Source: Zymomonas mobilis subsp. mobilis ATCC 10988
GTDB taxonomy: Bacteria > Pseudomonadota > Alphaproteobacteria > Sphingomonadales > Sphingomonadaceae
Reading direction: 5' to 3'
Assembly: GCF_000175255.2 (NCBI RefSeq)
Contig: NC_017262.1
Coordinates: forward strand, 1,830,001 to 1,862,000
Length of the DNA: 32,000 nt
In this document: positions 18,736 through 26,387 of the stretch, in pieces
Position numbering within the stretch: the stretch's first letter is position 1
Layout of the letters: each line of letters opens with the position of its first letter
Translations under genes and position numbers: made by a program
The notes under the pieces: generated by a model
Database searches by the model: none
Seen by the model: the letters and a program-made list of their open reading frames with translations, nothing else
Told to the model about the DNA's origin: nothing

Positions 18736-21700
18736 ATGGGGGTGCTGATGAAGGCTTTCTCTTCTCTTTTTGGATCAGGTCTGAAAACGGTTCATTCCAT
18801 CCAATCCGATAATCATGAAGAGGCCGAATTTTTGGCAGAGCTTCACCCCCAAATATCCCGCCACTCTAAAATCAGAGACGCTATGAGGGTTTTTCTTTCT
18901 TTAAAATCCGATACTAAGCTGACCCGTTCTTGCCGGTCACATTATCTTATAAAGGCTTCGCCCATTACGGCCGCTTATTCCCAGACTGAAATCTCCACTC
19001 CGTGTCAGCTCGAAATCTCCGGTCAGCCCCAAATTGGAAATAGTATGAAGGCCTTTTCTCTTTTACCATCCAACGCTGAAAATACAGCCAAGGCTTCCTC
19101 TTTTTCCTTATCGGAAGTTGAAAATATCACGAAATCTTCTTCTCTTCCTTCGTCCACAGTTGGAAATATCGAGAAGTCTTCCTGTCTTCTCTCCTCCAAA
19201 GTTGGGAATACCGTGAAGACCTCATCTCTTTGTCTGTCTAAAATGAGAAAGACAGCCACGGCTATAGAAAAAACGGCCAAAACCCTTTCTCTTTCGCCAT
19301 CGGATGTCGCAGCCACCGAAGGTCTTTCTTCTTCCTCGCCCATGGCTGGGAAGGCTACCAAAGCTACGCTTTCTTCACCACTCGAAGTTGAAAAATCCGC
19401 TACTGTTTATTCTCTTTCTGCGCCTGAAGTTGGGGCAGCCACCAAGGCGACGGCTTCTTCACCGCTTGAAGCTGGAAAAGTCATGACAGTTTTTTCCTCC
19501 TTATCGCCCGAAGTTGGAACATCAACCAAAGCTATTCCTTCTTCACGGCTCGAAGCTGAAAAAGCCACTATCGCTGCTTCATTTTCATCGTCCGTGGCTG
19601 GGAAAGATGCCAAAGCTACGCTTTCTTCACCACTTGAAGCTGAAAAAATCGCTACTGCTCATTCTCTTTCTGTGCCTGAAGTTGGGGCAGCCACCAAGGC
19701 GACGGCTTCTTCACCGCTTGAAGCAGGAAAAGCCATGACAGTTTTTTCCTCCTTATCGTCTGAAGTTGGAACATCAACCAAAGCTATTCCTTCTTCACGG
19801 CTCGAAGCTGAAAAAGCCACTACCGCTTCTTCATTTTCCTCGCCCGTGGCTGGGAAAGCTGCCAAAGCTACGCTTTCTTCACCACTTGAAGCTGAAAAAT
19901 CTGCTACTGCTTATTCTCTTTCTGTGCCTGAAGTTGGAAAAACTACTAAAGTTATTTCTTCTTCATCATTCAAAGTAAGAAAAAGCACTAAAGCCTTTTT
20001 CCTTTCGTCCTCCGAAATTAGAAAATCAGTTAAAGCGCTTTTTCTTTTACCGCCTCTTGCTCTGGTTTTGGCAGGCTGCGAAGTCGGGCCCGACTATGTT
20101 CGCCCTTCGGCTCCAACACCGCATCAATATAGCGGTGCCGATAACAACAAGGTAACAAATATCGCCGGAAATAGGGGCGCCACCGGTGCGACATTATCTT
20201 CTAGTAAGGCCGCTTCCGACCCGAAAAAATCGGCTGATCCAAAATCCGATCAAAAGAAATCTGCCACTGAAAATAATCCGCCACTTCCCCCCGATCAGAT
20301 CACACCCAGCGGCCAAAAAATCAGCTGGCAAGAAGCCCAGCCTATGGATCGCCAAATTAAAGATCGCTGGTGGGAATTATTTAACGACCCCGAATTAAAC
20401 AAACTGATCGAACGTTCTGATGTCGCCAGCCAAAGCGTCGCCCAAGCCGAAGCGACATGGCGTAACGCCTTAGCTGTTATGGGGCAGAACCGTTCATCCA
20501 TGTGGCCAAGCATCAGTCTTAGTGCTTCAAACCAGCACACTGTAACCGGCGGTGGTAGCGAAGTCGTCAACACTGCGGGCGGTGGTTCTTCAACCGTCAG
20601 CCGCAGCAATATCAGTGATAACTACCGCGCCGGTCTTTCTATGAGCTGGACACCGGATTTCTTTGGTGGTGTGCGGCGTCAGATCGAGAATTCACGGGCA
20701 ACTGCCGAAGCCAATATGGCCGACATCGAAACTGCAAGGCTTGCCCTTCATGCCGGTGTTGCCAGCAGCTATCTGCAATTACGAGAAGCTGATGCCGAAA
20801 TTGCAGTCATGGAACAAACCATTGCCGCTTATACACATGCCTTAGAAGTAGCCCGAAATCGTTTCAATGCAGGCATCGCGCCTGAAAGCGATGTATTCCA
20901 AGCAGAAACACAGCTATCGAATACGCGTTCCCAAATCGAAAGCCTAAGACAGAACCGCCGCACCTATGAAGATGCCATTTCTGTCTATGTCGGTATTCCG
21001 GCTGGTGATTTTCATATCGAGCCAAGGAATGACTGGAGCCCTGTTGTTCCTGACGTGCCTTTAGATCTGCCTTCTACTTTGTTGCAGAGACGACCAGATA
21101 TTGCTTCCGCAGAACGCAAGATAGAAGCGGCTTCTGCTACTATCGGAGTCAGGAAAGCTGCTTTTTATCCTAGCTTCAGCATGTCACCTTATGCGGGTGA
21201 TACGGCTGGCGACATTACACGGCTTTTGGCACAATCTTCCAGTATTTGGTCTGTCGGCGCCTCGATGGCCTTCACTGTTCTCGACTGGGGATCACATTTA
21301 TCGCAATTGCATCAGGCTCGTGCGGCCTATTCCCAAGCGGTTGCCAATTATCGGCAAGTCGTTTTGCAGGCCTATCAAAATGTAGCAGATGAAATCGCTG
21401 CAACGCAGATATACGGCAATCAAGAAACACACCTCAATGATGCATTCAAGAATGCCGATCGGAGCGAGCAGGCGACATTAAAGCGCTATCAGGTCGGATT
21501 AGTCGCCTATACTGATGTGGTTACTGTTGAAACATCGGCTCTATCAGCCAAACGCAGTCTGATGCAAACACAACTTGCCCGTCAGACAGCGGCGGTTTCG
21601 CTTATTCAGGCTCTAGGTGGGGGATGGACAGGATTGCCTCCTCGCATGCCTCCCAATCACAAAGTTTTCCACGAAGCAAAGAAACAGCGTCTCGCTGATG

Positions 21701-21747
21701 AAAAAGCAGAGAAGGCTATCGCTGAGAAGCAAAAAACGAGGTCATAA
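18736..21747 (+). CDS. RND efflux outer membrane factor lipoprotein, NodT/OprM family. Coordinates are the maximal ORF; the true start is unresolved. The lipobox Cys codon is 20077-20079.
   Basis: Residues 428-448 are IRKSVKALFLLPPLALVLAGC, a lipoprotein signal peptide with lipobox. They are followed by GPDYVRP, RWWELFNDPELNKLIE, a two-repeat OEP architecture and ...LIQALGGGW near the C-terminus. Residues 1-447 are repeat-derived (see findings). It is the last gene of the mdtABC operon. Confidence 0.85.
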   Translation: MGVLMKAFSSLFGSGLKTVHSIQSDNHEEAEFLAELHPQISRHSKIRDAMRVFLSLKSDTKLTRSCRSHYLIKASPITAAYSQTEISTPCQLEISGQPQIGNSMKAFSLLPSNAENTAKASSFSLSEVENITKSSSLPSSTVGNIEKSSCLLSSKVGNTVKTSSLCLSKMRKTATAIEKTAKTLSLSPSDVAATEGLSSSSPMAGKATKATLSSPLEVEKSATVYSLSAPEVGAATKATASSPLEAGKVMTVFSSLSPEVGTSTKAIPSSRLEAEKATIAASFSSSVAGKDAKATLSSPLEAEKIATAHSLSVPEVGAATKATASSPLEAGKAMTVFSSLSSEVGTSTKAIPSSRLEAEKATTASSFSSPVAGKAAKATLSSPLEAEKSATAYSLSVPEVGKTTKVISSSSFKVRKSTKAFFLSSSEIRKSVKALFLLPPLALVLAGCEVGPDYVRPSAPTPHQYSGADNNKVTNIAGNRGATGATLSSSKAASDPKKSADPKSDQKKSATENNPPLPPDQITPSGQKISWQEAQPMDRQIKDRWWELFNDPELNKLIERSDVASQSVAQAEATWRNALAVMGQNRSSMWPSISLSASNQHTVTGGGSEVVNTAGGGSSTVSRSNISDNYRAGLSMSWTPDFFGGVRRQIENSRATAEANMADIETARLALHAGVASSYLQLREADAEIAVMEQTIAAYTHALEVARNRFNAGIAPESDVFQAETQLSNTRSQIESLRQNRRTYEDAISVYVGIPAGDFHIEPRNDWSPVVPDVPLDLPSTLLQRRPDIASAERKIEAASATIGVRKAAFYPSFSMSPYAGDTAGDITRLLAQSSSIWSVGASMAFTVLDWGSHLSQLHQARAAYSQAVANYRQVVLQAYQNVADEIAATQIYGNQETHLNDAFKNADRSEQATLKRYQVGLVAYTDVVTVETSALSAKRSLMQTQLARQTAAVSLIQALGGGWTGLPPRMPPNHKVFHEAKKQRLADEKAEKAIAEKQKTRS
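19045..20046 (+). repeat. Tandem array of ~24 units of 42 bp (14 codons), in frame with the OMF ORF
   Basis: Units read KAFSLLPSNAENTA / KASSFSLSEVENIT / KSSSLPSSTVGNIE / KSSCLLSSKVGNTV / ... / KATLSSPLEAEKSA / TAYSLSVPEVGKTT / KVISSSSFKVRKST / KAFFLSSSEIRKSV / KALFLLPP.... Each unit alternates a ~20-nt C/T-rich block with a purine-rich block. One 21-bp and one 39-bp irregular unit lie near 19258-19359. Confidence 0.9.
19360..19936 (+). repeat. 252-bp higher-order repeat (6 x 42 bp), 2.3 copies
   Basis: Copies start at 19360, 19612 and 19864, exactly 252 bp apart. Copies 1 and 2 differ at 16 of 252 nt by my codon-by-codon count (~94% identity). Copy 3 stays close for ~73 nt and then diverges. 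Confidence 0.95.
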
Positions 21748-21772
21748 AACGACCGTTTAAAATCAAAAATTA

Positions 21773-21802
21773 TCGCCAGACCCTTAGTTTAAGGTCTGGC
21801 GA
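21773..21802. terminator. Bidirectional rho-independent terminator between the convergent OMF and EamA genes
   Basis: TCGCCAGACC / GGTCTGGCGA form a perfect 10-bp stem with a 10-nt loop. The minus-strand tail is TAATTTTTGATTTT. The plus-strand tail CTATTCTTAAAAATTATT is moderately T-rich. Confidence 0.8.
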
Positions 21803-21815
21803 CTATTCTTAAAAA

Positions 21816-22745
21816 TTATTCTTCTGCTTCTAGTGTCTTCTCAATTTGATTAGCGATCGGTGGCAACGGGGCTGTGACTAACTTTCTTCCACTGCGCCAG
21901 GTGAGATATCCAGATAAAAAGATAACGGCAATTCCGACAAAAGAGATAAAATCAACGGGCTGATGAAAAACAAGATAGCTGAAAATCACAGTCCAAACCA
22001 TTTGGCTGTATTGAGGCAAAGCGATGGTATTAGCTTCAGCATATTCAGCTGCAATCATCATCATGATCTGCCCCCAAGCCGCAAATAAGCCATAGATTAA
22101 CAGATAGAACCATTGCAGTGCAGTTGGCGTAACCCAGCTATTCCATGTCATTGCCCCATCAATAACAATAGGTCCCACAACACTCGCGCTATAAAGTGAC
22201 AAACGAGACGGTTTCGTTACCAATCCGCCTTTTTTCTTATTAGTGGCTCTGAAAACCGCCCATGATGCACCCGTGCAGAAAGCACCGGCTAAGGCTGCCA
22301 AATGCCCTACGCCCAAAGGGCGAATGCCTGGCCTCAAAATAATTACCGTGCCGATAAAGCCGATAATCAAAGCTACCCATTTTGCAAAAGATATTTTTTC
22401 ATGCAGAAAAATAAGAGCAATAAGATTAACGAAAAACGGCAACAGAAACAAAAGCGCCATGGCTTCAGTCATCGGTAAACGCGTAAAAGCAACCACACTA
22501 AAGAAGGTGCAAAGCGCAACGCATACAGCTCTTATAAGCCAGATCTTAAAGTCGTAAAAGCCAAAGATATTGAGATAGCTCTCATGCGGTTTTCGCATCA
22601 AAGGAATTGCCGGAGCCGCAATAACGCCCCCAAGGAAAGCAATTTCAAAAGCGTTTATTTTCCCATCCAGCAGTTTCGATCCTGCATCGCTGATCGTAAA
22701 AGCCAGATAGGCTATAAGGGCTATGGTGATGCCTTTTTTTTCCAT
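21816..22745 (-). CDS. EamA/DMT-superfamily permease
   Basis: 309 aa with about 10 hydrophobic segments in two EamA-like halves. GGAG lies 11 nt upstream of the ATG. The substrate cannot be inferred. Confidence 0.8.
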   Translation of the reverse strand: MEKKGITIALIAYLAFTISDAGSKLLDGKINAFEIAFLGGVIAAPAIPLMRKPHESYLNIFGFYDFKIWLIRAVCVALCTFFSVVAFTRLPMTEAMALLFLLPFFVNLIALIFLHEKISFAKWVALIIGFIGTVIILRPGIRPLGVGHLAALAGAFCTGASWAVFRATNKKKGGLVTKPSRLSLYSASVVGPIVIDGAMTWNSWVTPTALQWFYLLIYGLFAAWGQIMMMIAAEYAEANTIALPQYSQMVWTVIFSYLVFHQPVDFISFVGIAVIFLSGYLTWRSGRKLVTAPLPPIANQIEKTLEAEE

Positions 22746-23148
22746 GGTAACGTGAACTCCGCCATCACTTTTATTTTAGGCAGCTCTTGTCATTATCGGT
22801 ATCAGCCTGATGTGAATGTCGATGTCCGGCAATCAACAATTTCTGGAATCGAATTTTGAAAGAGCATGATTCAAATATAAGAATGGCTGCTTATATTTTT
22901 TTGATCTAAAAAATAGCCCCCAAAATTAAATATCAGCAAAAAAATATTTAAATTCAATTTTTATAAAAATTAAAATATAATAAAATTGCCAATATATTTT
23001 TAATTATAAATTAATATAATTTAATAAATTCAATTATTGGACTTATTTTACAATTTAAATCAATTAACTATTTTTGAAGTCATATAGCTAATAATTAAAA
23101 TATAAAACTTAATCTCAATAACATTTTCTAAAAAACTTTAAAGATAAC

Positions 23149-23180
23149 AAAAAAGGCAGATATTACTATCTGCCTTTTTT
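23149..23180 (-). terminator. Rho-independent terminator of the TonB-dependent receptor gene
   Basis: AAAAAAGGCAGATA-TTAC-TATCTGCCTTTTTT: an 8-bp GC-containing stem with a 4-nt loop, flanked by A- and T-runs. It lies 22 nt past the stop at 23202. Confidence 0.85.
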
Positions 23181-23201
23181 GTTTAATTTTTGAATTATAA
23201 C

Positions 23202-26200
23202 TTAGAAGTCATAGCTCAGGCCAGCAAAGATATACCGACCATAGATATCATACGTGGTAACATAAGTATTACCGTTATAAATACCGCCAGCACCTCCATT
23301 TTGAGAAGTAATCAGTGGCGGTCTCGTACCTACAACGTTGTTGACACCAGCATTTAGAGTAACTTTATCTGTAACTTTATAATAGGCTGTCAAATCAAGA
23401 TAGCTGACATTACCAATTTTTTTATCAAAGCTAGACTTTGCTGAAGAATACGGGTTCGCAGTTGACCCTGCGTCGCTTTTTGTCCCACCAACAAAGCGCC
23501 ACATAGCCGAAAAACCAAAACCAGCAGGAAGATCCCAGCTGACACGCATTTGATGGCGCCATTTCGGCATAGGCATACCACAAACTGCACCATAAAGACC
23601 TGCGCAGTCATAAGTAGTTGCACCACCACCAGGGTTGGTCTTGTAATTTAGCAACCAAGTACCATTAAGCGAAGCGGTCAACGAGCCATATTTGTTGCCC
23701 AAAGGATAGCTATAATTGACCCCAAAATCGACACCACGCGTGGCTAAAGAACCAATGTTCATCAGAACATCGTCTACATAGCCAGACTGATTGCGCCACA
23801 ATGATCCATACTTGTCACGGTGGATACGGTCACAATAGCGACCTTGGGTGCCGCAAAGCTGCAATATATTATCTGCACCTAACTGTGAGACAATATTTTT
23901 GATTTTGATATCAAAAAAATCAGCCGTAAAACTAAAGCGACGGAAGGGCGTTAATGCCACGCCACCTGTAAAAGTATTCGCTGTTTCTGGCTTTAGGTTA
24001 GGATTTCCTCCCTGATTGCCATAATATTGGCTAGCTGGGTTTGCCAAAATGTTGCCGTATTGATTTTTGGTGACTCCCATCAACTCACATTGTGAAGCTG
24101 ACATAGTTGGAGAAGTCCCAGCGCAAGGGTCTGTAGAACCATCGTTCCCGATCGATGTTGGACCATATAATTCTTGAATATTTGGAGCGCGAACAGCCCT
24201 ATTATAACCACCACGTAAGGCAACGCCTTTCACAGGTGAATAAACCATCTGCCCTTTGTATGACTGAACTGAGCCAGTCGAGCTATAATCTGAATAGCGG
24301 AAACCACCCGTTAGAGTTAACTCATTGACACCACGCCGATGATCCATGATTGGCAAAGCAGCTTCAATGAAAAGTTCTTTTACATCATATTTACCATGAG
24401 AAGATGGGTTTGCACCACCTTGGCCAGCCAAATCACCAGTTGCATATGCAGAATCAACATCATAATTCATTTTTTCACGACGATATTCTGCACCGACATT
24501 GACACTTAAACCCTGGCTTGCGGTCGGTAATTGAACGCCATACTGAGAACCATCGAAAGTTAAAGAGCCACTAACAACAGTTTCTTGTGTCGAACCTGTC
24601 GCGACACCTGGGGTTTGGAGATAGTCGAGGGCATTCTGGCTTGGCTTGTTACCGCTAAAAATGTCATAAGGAACACAGCTTGGATCTGTCCCATCAATGA
24701 CAGATCGGCAAGTAGCAGTTCCATTGTAATTTACGACGTTGAGAGCGTTATTCAACCTACTGACAGAAAAATCTCGACTATATCGATTTTGATAAACTGT
24801 TGAGCCATATTGACCATAAACATCATAGGTTAAACCTTTAACAATTTCGCCTTTCGAGCCGATAACACCTCGATAAGAGGTATGTCGCATCGTATTGATA
24901 CGAGGCCCGCCTTCAACATTCCTTTTTAATATTTGTGCTGAAGAATTGTTGTAGGTATTACCCTGACTATCGGTATGTGTAGTATTATCTATATTAGCGG
25001 CAGAACACATAATTGAGGATTCTTGCGCCGTTAAGAAAGGATTGTCACAGTTAACAGTGCCAAATCCAAAAGTCCCAGAAGGCGCTATCTGAGCCGAACT
25101 GCGATCATCCATAAACTGGAATTCTGCATAAGGCTTGAAACCATCTGTGACATCATAATGAGCGAAAAAACCCGCAGTATAACGCTGGTCAGGACGCTGT
25201 AGATTATTAGTCGGTGCGTAATTATATTGCGACATCCCGGAAACAAGTTGACCATTATTTAAATGATAATTACCATCATTCAATAATATGTTTCCTTCTG
25301 CAGAAGTTGGAGAGCCAGTACAAATAGCCCCGCTTGTGCCATTACCAGACAAAGCGCAAGAACTATAATCTCGATCCGCACCCGTGACAGCAGCTTGGCG
25401 GCGATAGCCGAGATAAGCTACTACATGGCCACGGCCATCTTTGGTGCCAGCGCCAAATTTCAGATTAGCATTAAATCCCCAACCATCGAATGGTGTATTA
25501 GTAGGCGTTTTTGTGCCTGCTATCGGGCTATTCCGTAGAATATTTCGCATGGTTCGGCTATCGTTGTCGCCATTTAATACATTATATTGGGCATCCGCAT
25601 GGAAGCCTTCATAATCTGTATCCATGATGAAATTGACAACACCGGCGACAGCATCAGAACCGTAAACAGCAGAAGCACCACCAGTTAAGACATCAACTCG
25701 TTTAATAAGAGAGGACGGAATAGAGTTCAAATCGGCTGCTTGAGAGCTAGGATCGCCCGGCATCAAACGACGACCATTAATCAAAACCAATGTTCGGTTT
25801 GATCCCAGCCCACGCAAATTTGCTGTAGAAATTCCGCTCGAGCCATTGGCTACAGCGCTACTTTGGGTGCCATAAAATTGTGGCATTCTGTTCAGCATAT
25901 CTTCAATACGCGTATAACCCTGCTTGGTTATTTCTTTCGCATTGACAGAGGTAATTGGGCTGGTCGAGGTGATACCTGGTGGAAGGCGTGAACCCGTAAC
26001 AGTGATTGTGCCGCTTGGCTGCGCTAATTCAGAAGCAGCCGGCGCTGGCGCCATTGTTGGAATGCTTGCATTATCAGCTACAGGATTGCTGGCTGAATTA
26101 CTGCCGACAGATGATGCACCTGATTGTTGAGGCGTATCCTGTAAAGTTTCCTGCGCAAAAACAGGCGTTGACCATGCAATAACGCCCGCGACCATACCCG

Positions 26201-26237
26201 TGGTCATGAAGGCATTTTTCAGATGTCTTCTGATCAT
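23202..26237 (-). CDS. TonB-dependent outer membrane receptor (large, 1011 aa)
   Basis: Track ORF 23202..26351 is over-extended. The ATG at 26237 follows AAGGGGGAA. The signal peptide is MIRRHLKNAFMTTGMVAGVIAWSTPVFA/QE. Plug motifs are TITVTGSR, NLRGLGSNRTLVLINGRR and VDVLTGGASAVYGSDAVAGVVNFI. A long beta-barrel ends ...FAGLSYDF with a terminal aromatic residue. Confidence 0.92.
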   Translation of the reverse strand: MIRRHLKNAFMTTGMVAGVIAWSTPVFAQETLQDTPQQSGASSVGSNSASNPVADNASIPTMAPAPAASELAQPSGTITVTGSRLPPGITSTSPITSVNAKEITKQGYTRIEDMLNRMPQFYGTQSSAVANGSSGISTANLRGLGSNRTLVLINGRRLMPGDPSSQAADLNSIPSSLIKRVDVLTGGASAVYGSDAVAGVVNFIMDTDYEGFHADAQYNVLNGDNDSRTMRNILRNSPIAGTKTPTNTPFDGWGFNANLKFGAGTKDGRGHVVAYLGYRRQAAVTGADRDYSSCALSGNGTSGAICTGSPTSAEGNILLNDGNYHLNNGQLVSGMSQYNYAPTNNLQRPDQRYTAGFFAHYDVTDGFKPYAEFQFMDDRSSAQIAPSGTFGFGTVNCDNPFLTAQESSIMCSAANIDNTTHTDSQGNTYNNSSAQILKRNVEGGPRINTMRHTSYRGVIGSKGEIVKGLTYDVYGQYGSTVYQNRYSRDFSVSRLNNALNVVNYNGTATCRSVIDGTDPSCVPYDIFSGNKPSQNALDYLQTPGVATGSTQETVVSGSLTFDGSQYGVQLPTASQGLSVNVGAEYRREKMNYDVDSAYATGDLAGQGGANPSSHGKYDVKELFIEAALPIMDHRRGVNELTLTGGFRYSDYSSTGSVQSYKGQMVYSPVKGVALRGGYNRAVRAPNIQELYGPTSIGNDGSTDPCAGTSPTMSASQCELMGVTKNQYGNILANPASQYYGNQGGNPNLKPETANTFTGGVALTPFRRFSFTADFFDIKIKNIVSQLGADNILQLCGTQGRYCDRIHRDKYGSLWRNQSGYVDDVLMNIGSLATRGVDFGVNYSYPLGNKYGSLTASLNGTWLLNYKTNPGGGATTYDCAGLYGAVCGMPMPKWRHQMRVSWDLPAGFGFSAMWRFVGGTKSDAGSTANPYSSAKSSFDKKIGNVSYLDLTAYYKVTDKVTLNAGVNNVVGTRPPLITSQNGGAGGIYNGNTYVTTYDIYGRYIFAGLSYDF

Positions 26238-26368
26238 TATTCCCCCTTTTTGAGATATGCACCGTCCCCAAAACCAACATCTTCTTTTAGACAGATGTCT
26301 ATCGTGCATCTCTTTGCGGTCTGCTTTGAGCTGCCCCGAACAAAGCCGCATTTTTCCTACTCAACACA

Positions 26369-26387
26369 GATAATAATATTTTTTATG
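26369..26387. promoter_or_regulatory. Fur-box-like sequence upstream of the TonB-dependent receptor
   Basis: GATAATAATATTTTTTATG matches 14/19 positions of GATAATGATAATCATTATC by my count, ~130 bp upstream of the ATG. It sits at the edge of an extremely AT-rich tract, so the match has low information value. Confidence 0.25.

Noticed and set aside
19023-19978. Alternative-frame and antisense ORFs across the repeat array (19023-19361, 19407-19613 and 19659-19865 on minus; 19304-19486, 19514-19738 and 19766-19978 on plus)
   Set aside because: They are open only because a stop-free unit is iterated, and the paired ORFs are simply the 252-bp repeat read twice. I have no evidence that they are genes, although only expression data can formally exclude them.
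22734-22741. A8 homopolymer (plus-strand T8) in codons 2-4 of the EamA permease, considered as a phase-variation tract
   Set aside because: The tract is short, it encodes an ordinary Lys-Lys n-region, and nothing visible in a single sequence shows length variation.
22584-22859. 91-aa plus-strand ORF overlapping the eamA start region
   Set aside because: It lies antisense to and overlaps the EamA 5' end, and has no RBS and no recognisable domain.
22880-23150. The AT-rich tracts at 22880-23150 and 26440-26740, considered as a CRISPR array, replication origin or tandem satellite
   Set aside because: They show no repeat-spacer periodicity. There is no DnaA-box cluster; the only TATCCACA I saw is inside dnaE coding sequence at about 5222. 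Only short low-complexity words recur. They are kept as a compositional finding instead.
26238-26351. 38-codon N-terminal extension of the TonB-dependent receptor ORF (MRLCSGQLKADRKEMHDRHL...)
   Set aside because: The internal ATG at 26237 has a strong SD and yields a proper signal peptide. The extension is basic and Cys-rich and overlaps the structured leader.
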